A stretch of DNA of 35,854 nt, taken from a virus (lineage: Duplodnaviria; Caudoviricetes). Under the pieces are notes generated by a model. It ran no database searches. It was not told where the DNA came from and saw only the letters and a program-made list of their open reading frames with translations. Shown one piece after another: positions 8,398 through 17,536 of this stretch. Made by a program: the position numbers and the translations under genes. Numbering within the stretch: the stretch's first letter is position 1; the number at the start of each line of letters is the position of its first letter. The stretch is from IMG/VR virus record IMGVR_UViG_3300020719_000006, positions 1-35,854 of that record. One strand, written 5' to 3'.

Positions 8398-8839
8398 AAC
8401 CACCTCCAATAAAGCATCTCTGTTCAGCTAATCGCCGTCTGAGAATGCCTTCATTCACTACGTTAGCTGGAGCATGATCCCACTTAGGGAATTCATTCGC
8501 TGCACCCTCGTAATCATTCTCTTTTAACTTCCTATAAAGTGTCGAGTGTTGGAAATTAGCAACACCTAAGTTGTATACAAACGACACTAAAGCATCAAAC
8601 TCATTCTGAGTTAATGCAGTTCCCATAACATTAATCGCATGTTCAGCAACAAATAAGTCGTGTCTTAACAGTGACTCTGCTTGTCCCATAGTAATTGGTG
8701 AACCAACAACACAACCATCACCAGGAATTAACATATGTCCATAACCAACAGTCATCTTACCAACACCGTCGTTATAAGACATTGTACGAAAGCCTTCAAA
8801 GCTTTTAATCTGTTCAATGCCTTTATCTGAAGTTTTCAT
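8387..8839 (-). CDS. Endolysin, GH24 (T4-lysozyme-like) muramidase
   Basis: FEG...Y.D..G..TVGYGH catalytic E-x8-D-x5-T, QNEFDALVSFVYNLG, RRR.AE. Confidence 0.95.
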   Translation of the reverse strand: MKTSDKGIEQIKSFEGFRTMSYNDGVGKMTVGYGHMLIPGDGCVVGSPITMGQAESLLRHDLFVAEHAINVMGTALTQNEFDALVSFVYNLGVANFQHSTLYRKLKENDYEGAANEFPKWDHAPANVVNEGILRRRLAEQRCFIGGGYVG

Positions 8840-9426
8840 GTTGCCTGTGTCTGTGAAGTAAGGATACCATTGGTAAATGTCATACTTCCATTAGTACCTA
8901 GTGTAGTTAGTTTAGCTGTAGTAATCGTGGCATTGATACCTACGTTCTGTGCAGCCATTGTTCCTAGTGTAGGTTTACCAGTTAAATCAGAGTAAGCTCC
9001 AGTATGGGCTACAGTAGCTAATCCAGTAACATCAGTATTTGGAATAGTAGCAGAAGCTGTTACATTACCTGTGTTGTCATGACCATAAAGATAACCAGTA
9101 AGTCCTTCTGTTTTAAGACTGGTAGTAACATCTAAAGTAGTAAACTTACCTGTAGAAGGTGTGCCTGCTCCTATTGGAGTATTATCAATAGTACCACCAG
9201 TAATAGCTACGTTATTAGCATTCTGTGTACCTAACGTACCAATACCAAGGTTAGACCTGGCCCCTACAGCAGTAGATGAACCAGTACCACCCTGAACAAT
9301 AGTCCAAGGTGATCCACCAGTCTGTGCTACTTGAATGTAGTTACCAAGGTTTCTAAACCAATCACGCCAAGAGAACTCTTCACCAATAGGTGTTTGTGGG
9401 ATTGGGGGGAGCAAATTCTTAGCCAT
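8836..9426 (-). CDS. Tail needle / short fibre-like virion protein
   Basis: PPIP...W..WF..L N-terminus, GGTG.....ARSNLG, VAITGGTI and LATVA.TG.YSDL..KP fibre motifs. Confidence 0.65.
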   Translation of the reverse strand: MAKNLLPPIPQTPIGEEFSWRDWFRNLGNYIQVAQTGGSPWTIVQGGTGSSTAVGARSNLGIGTLGTQNANNVAITGGTIDNTPIGAGTPSTGKFTTLDVTTSLKTEGLTGYLYGHDNTGNVTASATIPNTDVTGLATVAHTGAYSDLTGKPTLGTMAAQNVGINATITTAKLTTLGTNGSMTFTNGILTSQTQAT

Positions 9427-9428
9427 AA

Positions 9429-10757
9429 TTACTCCCAATCACAATCAGTAGCGTAGCCATGTTCATGTAACACGTCCAGTTGTTTCTCTAAACGACAACC
9501 AATGTCAGTACGATACATAACACTATTAGGAATCTCAATCTTCTTCTTAATAGTATTGTATGCCTTCTCACGAGCATCGCTTACAGTAGCACCCTTGCCT
9601 GATACAGTACAGATGTAATCACCTGCTGTAACAAACATAGGTGTGTTCATTTTAACTTCACCGTCACACATGCTTGGGGCTTTACCCCACATGACTTCAG
9701 CACAATGAACATCGTTGACTACGTCCTCTTCTGTCAAGCCAAACAAAGGATAACCGGAGTTATCTTTCTTGCTTATCTTGCAATAAGGATAATCAGGGAT
9801 AGCAATAACAACGCCACAAGCAATTGCCTTGCTGGTACGTAGTGTGTCCTCACCATTGATAAGGTCGAGCATCCACTGAGCGGGGTCGCCATTATGCAGT
9901 GCTTGTTGAATCTGAAAGAGCGGCCAGCCTGGTCGCATAGTAAACTCAAGAGGCCAAGGAAAGCCATCTTTGTCAATGATACAATTAACATCAATATAAC
10001 CTGTATATGCTAAGCCATGAAGAAAGTCTTCAAGCGGTTTAAGAACTTGGTCTGCCAAGTAAGATTCGGAGGTATAGCGAACGATAGTACCTTGCTCGCC
10101 TGTAGCGACACCAAGATCATCATTCATTAACTTCTTAAATTCCCAGCTCTCACAAAACTGCTTGTTGAAACCACCAGGTCCGAACCAGCCACCTACGCCA
10201 AATTCAACACCACCGTGGAACTCTTGGAGGATAAAGTCGCCTTTGTATGCGTTACTCTTCTTCCACTTCTGTAGCATAAAGACCATATCGGCTGCTGATT
10301 TAGCAACGTAAGATAGTTCCTTGGCTCCATCACCGATAGGCTTACTAACGTAACGCTTTGGATTATCCATTACGTGTTTAATAGCCTCATCGTAATTCTT
10401 GAATACTGTGGATGGGATAGTTGTAATACCAGCCTTCTCCATTACATCTGCACCGTGCATGCGGTCTTGTTCCCAACGATTGGTATCAATAGATGGACCA
10501 ATAATTGGATAACCTTTATCACGATAACGTTCCAAGCCATGAATGTAAAAGATATTATCTGTACAGAAGATTAGATCTGCCCAGTTCATATACTTCTCCC
10601 ACTCAGAGACCCTTTCAATGAGTCCACCATCACCGACCATCGAGCGACTGCCATCCTTATTGTGTCTAATAAAACACTTTACAGTGTGCCCAAAGTTCTG
10701 GCACCGTAAAGCAAAGTCAAGGCATACACCTGATGCATCGATGATTAGTATTTTCAT
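9429..10757 (-). CDS. PurD-like (phosphoribosylamine-glycine ligase-like) ATP-grasp protein
   Basis: IIGPS....WE.DR, VSKP, LQEF..GVE, EFKKL...DLG..TGEQG, YTGYIDVN, PLEFT.R.GWP and C-terminal V.G.G.T...A...AY / YRTDIG: the full PurD layout. Confidence 0.85.
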   Translation of the reverse strand: MKILIIDASGVCLDFALRCQNFGHTVKCFIRHNKDGSRSMVGDGGLIERVSEWEKYMNWADLIFCTDNIFYIHGLERYRDKGYPIIGPSIDTNRWEQDRMHGADVMEKAGITTIPSTVFKNYDEAIKHVMDNPKRYVSKPIGDGAKELSYVAKSAADMVFMLQKWKKSNAYKGDFILQEFHGGVEFGVGGWFGPGGFNKQFCESWEFKKLMNDDLGVATGEQGTIVRYTSESYLADQVLKPLEDFLHGLAYTGYIDVNCIIDKDGFPWPLEFTMRPGWPLFQIQQALHNGDPAQWMLDLINGEDTLRTSKAIACGVVIAIPDYPYCKISKKDNSGYPLFGLTEEDVVNDVHCAEVMWGKAPSMCDGEVKMNTPMFVTAGDYICTVSGKGATVSDAREKAYNTIKKKIEIPNSVMYRTDIGCRLEKQLDVLHEHGYATDCDWE

Positions 10758-13700
10758 TCTTTATCCGTATCGTCTTTAATTTTAATACCAAGTTTACGTT
10801 GAAAGTTCTTCTTCATACGTTCCCAATTAGGCATTGGTTTACTCTTAACACCTGTAATAGGCATACCAACAAAGGCAGAAGCTGACTCACCTGGAGTTCG
10901 TCTAGGATCAGCTGCAGAAGATCCAGTAAATGGAATTGCAGTACCCTTAACAAGATTCTTTAATCGCTCTTGTAGTGGTGTGTCTTTACGAATATCATAA
11001 GCAGCTTCAGTAAGTTGTTTAGGCAACCAACCAAGCTTATTATAAAACGTCTTATCAAAGTCTGTAATCCAATGGTAGAACTCAGCCGCATGTTTAAATG
11101 GACTAAGGAATGTACCATCCCCAAGATCAATCGTAAATGGATCTTTGTTTTCCCAGATATATTTACCAGACAAGGCAACGTTAAGACCATTAGCTAGTGT
11201 TAATGATGTAATAGCAAAACGCATCATGTACTGTCTAGAGTAATCACCTTCGGTTAGAGGGTGTAACAATCCCTGTAAACCAGCTGATAGATCCCAAGTA
11301 GCAGGAGCAAAAGCCCTCTCTGGTAGTGCGTGTGTAACTGCACGAACAGTAGACATTGTCCAGTCAGGAGCAAACATAAGAACCTGCAAACCCATACGCC
11401 CAGTAGGACTATAAGCTGCCATCTTAATCTTCTCACTAAACTTACTATTACCTTCACGTGCTACACTAAACCAATCAAGACCACCAAATGTATTATTAAT
11501 GTTCTTTGCAATCTCTTTCATGTGAACAGCATCTGGAATGTCTGGATGATTTAATCTAGCCATCTCTAATTTCTTTTGTGCAGCAAGATACTTTAATCCA
11601 TCATGAGTAATTTCCCATGTCATATGATCAAGTACTTTTTGTACTTTACGAGCTGGTTCAGTTGCCTTATAGATTAGATTGTAGTTCTTACCAGTAACCT
11701 TACCAAGAAGACTATCAGCAGCCTTAGCAATAGCATCCATAGCACCAACACCAGAGTCAGATATAATACCGAATGTAACTCCGTTATCAATCTGAAACTT
11801 AGCTTCCTCACTTAAAAGACCTGTAGTAGGATCTTTAAGTAAACTCTCACGCTTTAAACCGCCCTTTGTCTTAAGAAAAGACTCAAGACTATGCATTGGT
11901 TTATTGCTAAGGAAATTAGCTACGTTCAATGTACCATAGTGAAACAATGAGAATCCCACTGCAACCCGTTTAATGGCTCCTGATAAAGTAGAAGCAGCTT
12001 TAAGGATTACACCAGGATCATTGCTACCAATAAGATGTTTTACAGCATCATAGATATCAGGATGAACAGCATAGTTCTCATATATACCAGCCCCTTTTAC
12101 AGGCTTATAGTTCGGTGGAATCTTTTCACGTCCACCAATTTCCATAAGAACAGGAAGACCACTTACTCGTGTTGTTTTTAAAGCATTTAACTTTCTAGTA
12201 TCACGAATAGCACGTAAGACAGAATTAGCATATAATCTAAATGACTCAGCTAAATCCTCAGTTGTAAACTTAAGATCATGTTTATCCATAATCTTTTTAA
12301 GCTCACCAAAGTCTGTCACAGTACGTGTCTTACTATGCTTTGTGGTTGGGCGCAGCGCTGGATAAGCACTACCAATCTCTTTCATTACCGCTTCTTTTTC
12401 AGCAGGAGAAAGATGTTCCATATCAATATGCCGTGCTGCATAGTCCTCAATATATCCCTCAATAACACCAAGGTCTTTAGCTGCTTCCCAAAGTTCTTGT
12501 ACTTTTGCTTTGTGATATTCGTATAACTCTTTAGCATCTCCAGTAAGTTCACCGGCCCTACCTTCTTGAATTGCACGCCAAACACGCTCACGGCCTTCTT
12601 TAGATGGCATAATATCATTAGACATCTTTAAAGCTTTAAAATGGGTATCAAGACCATCTTTAATCTCACCACGAACTAGAACACCTAAAGTATCTTTAAG
12701 ATCTTCTGCCCATTTAGCATATTTAGTAGGCTCTTCTTTCACAACACCAGGAAGTTTCTCTAAACCTAAAGATTTAGGTGCCTGTAGTTTACGTCCTTTA
12801 ATATCAGTAACCAACTCAGGAAGATCAAATGCTTTACTAATCTTTTGCATGTGAGCATCAGTAGCGGCATCAACAAGCTCTTCACGAACTTGCTCCTCAG
12901 TACGTACTTTCTTTTCCTTTATTTGGAAACGAGGATCACCAGAATCACGTAAGTCACCACTATGCAATCCCTCATCAGGAAAATCTAGCTTCTTACCTTT
13001 TGCTACTTGACCAGTTTCTTGAGCCCTAGTAAGGGCATCTTTACGTTCAAGGAAGTTACCATCAGCATCAATGAATCCTTGTTCATGTGTGTCTTTAGTT
13101 TCAGCTTTACGGGCTTCATCATGCTTAGGACCCATGCGTTCAACAACGCCAGTCTTTTTATCACGAATAGCTGTCTCAGTTAAAGCTGCTGGTTGTCCAA
13201 CCTTAACAGGTTTACCATCTTCACCAAAGACCTCTACAGACGCTTTCTTTTCAGCTTGTGCATACTGCTCTTCTTTACGAGCACGATATTCGTTTACATA
13301 TTCCGGAGTAGGTTTGCCTTCAGTAAGAACTTCATGAGCCTTACCCATTACTTTAGGAGTAAGAATAGCTACAATGTTATCCATAGCAAACTGTGTAGCA
13401 GCTGGAGCAATACCAATCTTAGCTCCTTGTTCTTGTAAAGCTTCTTGACCTGCTTGGTATAGTTTAGATACAGGATCAAATGCATGACCAATCATTGTTG
13501 GGTCAGCACCCATAGCTGTAGCAGCTCGACCAGCTAAACCAGTAAGAGCATCCATATGAAACTCTTTGGTATACTTGTCAGCAAACTCTTCAGCCTTTTT
13601 AAGGGACTTTTCACTACCAGCTTTGTCAACACCAGTCAAAGTTTCCTTAACAATACCAACGCCCGTTAAAGCGGTCCTAGAGGCCCACTCAGGCAGACCA

Positions 13701-14299
13701 GTGGCTAAGTCTACCACAGAAGCAACAGTGCCTGCTATGGCGCTTATAGGGTGCTTCTTGAGCCTATCCCAGCTATAGTGTCCTTCAGCATCTGCTTTAC
13801 CCTCATCACGCCACTCTTTAGGAGTAACAGGATCGCCTTTAAGTTTACCAAAGAATGTACGTTCTTGACCATATGGTTGAACGACTTTCTTATCTAGCAT
13901 GTCTTTTCCAACATTTATGCCATCAACCTCAACAGACGCTACAAACCTACCATAAGGATCAGCTTTTAAACCAGACAATGAAATCTTCTTACCGCCAATG
14001 CGATTAGATAATTCTTTAGTTGCTTCATCACCACCAACTTGAGCACCACGTTTATCGTGTGATATTTCAGGAGCATCAATCTCAGCGATACGAATAGACT
14101 TAATTCGACCTGAAGGAAGACGTACCTTAGCAGTGTCACCATCAAGCACTTCAAGCACCTCAGCCTGAATACCACCTACTTTAGCTTTAACTGGACCAGA
14201 GAATGTTGATTTAGATTCTGTAGATGTTTCTGTAGAAGGTCCTGTAAAAGTACTAGGTGATGCTGTACTACCTTGTGTAGGTCCTTCAAACGTTGCCAT
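10754..14299 (-). CDS. Large internal virion / ejection protein with N-terminal thermonuclease (SNase) domain
   Basis: 1181 aa in the ejection-gene position; VLDGDT, IRIAEIDAPE and DPYGR near the N-terminus; helical C-terminal half. Confidence 0.8.
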   Translation of the reverse strand: MATFEGPTQGSTASPSTFTGPSTETSTESKSTFSGPVKAKVGGIQAEVLEVLDGDTAKVRLPSGRIKSIRIAEIDAPEISHDKRGAQVGGDEATKELSNRIGGKKISLSGLKADPYGRFVASVEVDGINVGKDMLDKKVVQPYGQERTFFGKLKGDPVTPKEWRDEGKADAEGHYSWDRLKKHPISAIAGTVASVVDLATGLPEWASRTALTGVGIVKETLTGVDKAGSEKSLKKAEEFADKYTKEFHMDALTGLAGRAATAMGADPTMIGHAFDPVSKLYQAGQEALQEQGAKIGIAPAATQFAMDNIVAILTPKVMGKAHEVLTEGKPTPEYVNEYRARKEEQYAQAEKKASVEVFGEDGKPVKVGQPAALTETAIRDKKTGVVERMGPKHDEARKAETKDTHEQGFIDADGNFLERKDALTRAQETGQVAKGKKLDFPDEGLHSGDLRDSGDPRFQIKEKKVRTEEQVREELVDAATDAHMQKISKAFDLPELVTDIKGRKLQAPKSLGLEKLPGVVKEEPTKYAKWAEDLKDTLGVLVRGEIKDGLDTHFKALKMSNDIMPSKEGRERVWRAIQEGRAGELTGDAKELYEYHKAKVQELWEAAKDLGVIEGYIEDYAARHIDMEHLSPAEKEAVMKEIGSAYPALRPTTKHSKTRTVTDFGELKKIMDKHDLKFTTEDLAESFRLYANSVLRAIRDTRKLNALKTTRVSGLPVLMEIGGREKIPPNYKPVKGAGIYENYAVHPDIYDAVKHLIGSNDPGVILKAASTLSGAIKRVAVGFSLFHYGTLNVANFLSNKPMHSLESFLKTKGGLKRESLLKDPTTGLLSEEAKFQIDNGVTFGIISDSGVGAMDAIAKAADSLLGKVTGKNYNLIYKATEPARKVQKVLDHMTWEITHDGLKYLAAQKKLEMARLNHPDIPDAVHMKEIAKNINNTFGGLDWFSVAREGNSKFSEKIKMAAYSPTGRMGLQVLMFAPDWTMSTVRAVTHALPERAFAPATWDLSAGLQGLLHPLTEGDYSRQYMMRFAITSLTLANGLNVALSGKYIWENKDPFTIDLGDGTFLSPFKHAAEFYHWITDFDKTFYNKLGWLPKQLTEAAYDIRKDTPLQERLKNLVKGTAIPFTGSSAADPRRTPGESASAFVGMPITGVKSKPMPNWERMKKNFQRKLGIKIKDDTDKE

Positions 14300-14310
14300 G
14301 TGACTTCCTT

Positions 14311-15837
14311 TTATAGTTCAGATTCTAGTACTTCTTTACCAGTTTTTGGATCAACAAACTTAAGCTGTGTACCAGACATACCAGAAAGGACTAAACCATT
14401 CTTCTGTGCCTTAGCAATAGCAGCTTCAGTCTTTTCTTTCCCTTTAGCAGCAATAGCCTTTTGGTTAGCTTGTTTTGCTTTACGATCTTGCCTGATATTA
14501 TAATCGTTACGAATTGCATTACGTTCCTGAACACCAGTAGCTTTAGCTAAATCCTCAGACAACTGCTCTTCATCTGTTAATTCTTTTTTAGTTTCTGGTT
14601 TGTTGTCTGCTCCAGCACCACCAGCCTCTGATCGTGCTTTAGCAGCACTAACAGCTTCTTTAATTGAATTAAACGATTTATAAGACTTACCGGTTGCAAG
14701 CGCATTACGTACTGCCGTATCCTCATCAACCTCTTTTCCTTTCCATAAGGAAGGAATATTAGTTGGTTTACCATTATTTAATTTAGGATTAGTTACAGTA
14801 ATAGATACTTCAGTTGAATAAGAACCATCTGCATTTTCTCGAGCTGGGTATCCATCATGTGTCTTTTGACCAGCACCGGCCTTAGATGAGTCTTTAGCAT
14901 TACCTAATATCTTATCAGCTGCGCCTGGACCATAGTGACTATCAAACTCTTCTTTCTGACCCTTAGTTAATTTACCTTCTTTATTAAGAGATATTAACTT
15001 ATTCTTGTCAACATCAGTAACAGAAGCTACATCAGATTTAGTTGGAGCAGCTTCAGGTTTTCTTAAACTGGCAGTGTCTTCTTCATAATCAAGTTCAGCT
15101 TGTGCTATAAGTTCATCTTTTGCTTTTTTATCAAACTTCTTAGGATCAAGGTCACGTATTCTACGCTTCTCAGCAGTAAGTGTATCTTGTGCTTTTTCAA
15201 GTCGACCCTGTGTATGTTCCTCAACCTTCTCTGCTTTCTTTTCAGCATGAGTAGGTTTACCAGAAGCATTAATAGCTTGATTACGTTCGGTTACAATATG
15301 ATGTCGTTTTTCTTCTTTAAATCTATCTTGCTCAAGAGCATCATGTGCAATCTTAGATTGTACATCTAATTGTTCTTTGTAACCAAGAGTTTTCTTACCA
15401 GCTGCTTCAATAAAAGCTGGAACTTGTTCATCAGTTAATTTGTTAATAGCACCAGAGTACTCAAGCTTTTCTGCCTCAGATAATCTTCCACCAGCTGCTG
15501 CACTATTAACACGACCAAGAAGATCTTCTTTAGTCTTGCTACCTTGTAAGTCTTGGTACAAAGCCTCTACTTCACCTTGATGAACTTTAAGTTCACTGAT
15601 GTGTTGCTTAAGTGCTTCACCTTTAAATTCATTAGCCTGCTTAAGAAACTTATCTGCTACACGAGTGTTACCAGATTGCATAGCCATCTGACCGGCCTTC
15701 TGATAGGTAGTAAATAGATCAGCACCAGGACCTGATTCAGCTTGAGCCTGTTTAAGATCACGATCGGCAACAATAGTATCGCCTATAGCTTGACCACTTT
15801 CAAATCCGCCTGCAAAGGCTTGCGCTAAGTTTGCCAT
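14311..15837 (-). CDS. Putative internal virion / DNA ejection protein
   Basis: 508 aa, helical, K/E/A-rich, N-terminal AFAGGF..G; position between tail genes and the largest internal protein. Confidence 0.65.
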   Translation of the reverse strand: MANLAQAFAGGFESGQAIGDTIVADRDLKQAQAESGPGADLFTTYQKAGQMAMQSGNTRVADKFLKQANEFKGEALKQHISELKVHQGEVEALYQDLQGSKTKEDLLGRVNSAAAGGRLSEAEKLEYSGAINKLTDEQVPAFIEAAGKKTLGYKEQLDVQSKIAHDALEQDRFKEEKRHHIVTERNQAINASGKPTHAEKKAEKVEEHTQGRLEKAQDTLTAEKRRIRDLDPKKFDKKAKDELIAQAELDYEEDTASLRKPEAAPTKSDVASVTDVDKNKLISLNKEGKLTKGQKEEFDSHYGPGAADKILGNAKDSSKAGAGQKTHDGYPARENADGSYSTEVSITVTNPKLNNGKPTNIPSLWKGKEVDEDTAVRNALATGKSYKSFNSIKEAVSAAKARSEAGGAGADNKPETKKELTDEEQLSEDLAKATGVQERNAIRNDYNIRQDRKAKQANQKAIAAKGKEKTEAAIAKAQKNGLVLSGMSGTQLKFVDPKTGKEVLESEL

Positions 15838-15840
15838 ATG

Positions 15841-16467
15841 TTATCCTTCACTTGTTTCATCATTAAACACTTCAACTGGTTTTGAGTCAGCTACGTATTC
15901 TGGTTTATTCTTATCGGTACTAGAACCCTCTAGTGCTTGCCTCTCAGCATCTTGAGAGACAGCAGCTTGGTTGCCAATACCAGTCAATGGAGGCTCACCA
16001 GTTATATATTTCTGTAATTCTTGTATCTTTTGATTACGTGCTTGAAAGTAATTGAGAGGTGAACTAGAAGAGCTAGTACCACCTGTACTTGAACCACTAG
16101 AAGAGTTACCAAACAGTTTCATTAACTGACTAATACCTTGTTGTCCTTGACTAGGTCCGATAGATCCAGTATCGTATGCACCATACGCTGAGCTACCCAA
16201 TTGACCTTTACCAGCACCAGACATTAGACTACCCATAATACCTTGACCAGTTCTGGCTTGTGAGTTACCACCAAAGTAATCAATACCCTCTTGAGTAGCA
16301 CCACCAGCGGCAGCAGCCCCTGCGGGACCACCATAAGCACCACCAATCGCACCAGCAATATAAGGTAACATTGGAACTACACCAGTAGTCATAAAGTTCT
16401 GCATACTGTGCCACGGGTCGTGCGCTAGCCCTTCAAACGATGCTCCAGGGTTGTTCCAGAAACTCAT
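15841..16467 (-). CDS. Gly/Ser-rich putative ejection protein
   Basis: Glycine-zipper segment AGAIGGAYGGPAGAAAAGG; gene position. Confidence 0.6.
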   Translation of the reverse strand: MSFWNNPGASFEGLAHDPWHSMQNFMTTGVVPMLPYIAGAIGGAYGGPAGAAAAGGATQEGIDYFGGNSQARTGQGIMGSLMSGAGKGQLGSSAYGAYDTGSIGPSQGQQGISQLMKLFGNSSSGSSTGGTSSSSSPLNYFQARNQKIQELQKYITGEPPLTGIGNQAAVSQDAERQALEGSSTDKNKPEYVADSKPVEVFNDETSEG

Positions 16468-17066
16468 TATTCAATACCTGATAAACCTACACCACCACCA
16501 GCACCGCCAGTAGGGTCATAACTTGCATAAGGGTTAGACCAGTTTGGAGTTTGACCAGAACCCATCATTCCAGTTCCGCCACTAAACAAACCAGCAGCAC
16601 TAGCACCACCAAGAGCCATACCAACTAAGCCAATACCAGACTGTGCATTCTGATTCTGTGCGTTGGAAGCAATTTGATTACTTTGATTTTGTGCTTGAGC
16701 ACCACCAGCAGGAGTCTGTGAAGTAGCACCAGACAAAGAACCAAGGTTACCAAGCATCTGTTGATAGTAAGCACCAAATGTATTCTGTCCCATACTCTGT
16801 AGAGCATTAGCTTGCGCACCTGATTGCAGTGTTCCACTAGCTGCACCAGCAGCTTGCTGTGCATTCTGACCTTGTTGCAACTGCTGTTGATAGCCTGGTG
16901 AGCTCATAGCAGATGATGGGTTATTCATAAAACCCAACAGCTGATTAGCAGCCGCTGTACGACCACCGATAGCACCGTACGGATCTGTTTGACTTTGTGG
17001 TAATGGAGCAGGGGAAGATGTACCACCACCACCACCACCAAAGATTGCATTGACTACGCCACCCAT
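16467..17066 (-). CDS. Putative DNA transfer / ejection protein (P22 gp7-like)
   Basis: G/Q/A-rich; PGYQ, AA.G.L.SG...AL and Y..L..L.G motifs; follows the GNAT gene. Confidence 0.65.
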   Translation of the reverse strand: MGGVVNAIFGGGGGGTSSPAPLPQSQTDPYGAIGGRTAAANQLLGFMNNPSSAMSSPGYQQQLQQGQNAQQAAGAASGTLQSGAQANALQSMGQNTFGAYYQQMLGNLGSLSGATSQTPAGGAQAQNQSNQIASNAQNQNAQSGIGLVGMALGGASAAGLFSGGTGMMGSGQTPNWSNPYASYDPTGGAGGGVGLSGIE

Positions 17067-17078
17067 ATTAATTCCTTT

Positions 17079-17531
17079 TTATATATATTTACTGAAGAGT
17101 TTTTCTACAAACTGATATCCAAGGTATTCAAATAACTTTGAGTTATCTATATGTACCTTAGTAGTGCCTAGCATTTTATTCACACCGATAGACTTCATAT
17201 GTTGTTCAGCAAACTGAAACATACGAATACCAGTCCGTCCTTTTCTGTATTCCTTACGAAGGAAATATATATCTTCGTAGGCTGTAACGCATGACTTTAC
17301 ATGTAAGTGTTTACTAACAATGTAGAACATGTAACCAATAAGCTTATCGTCTTTGCGACAAGTAATAACATGTAACATACCAGTTTGTTCAAGAGCAAAG
17401 TACTGAGTCCAGTCTGGGTCTAGTTCATAACCACCACTAACCTCTTGCTCTATTTCTTTATAGTGCTCAGGGTATATAACCCGCAGCTCTGGAAGAACGT
17501 CAGAGTATTGCTCGACTTGATACGTTACCAT
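17079..17531 (-). CDS. GNAT-family acyltransferase
   Basis: LIGY, EDIYFLRKEYRKGRTG (acyl-CoA binding motif A), LFEYLGY. Confidence 0.82.
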   Translation of the reverse strand: MVTYQVEQYSDVLPELRVIYPEHYKEIEQEVSGGYELDPDWTQYFALEQTGMLHVITCRKDDKLIGYMFYIVSKHLHVKSCVTAYEDIYFLRKEYRKGRTGIRMFQFAEQHMKSIGVNKMLGTTKVHIDNSKLFEYLGYQFVEKLFSKYI

Positions 17532-17536
17532 CTATC

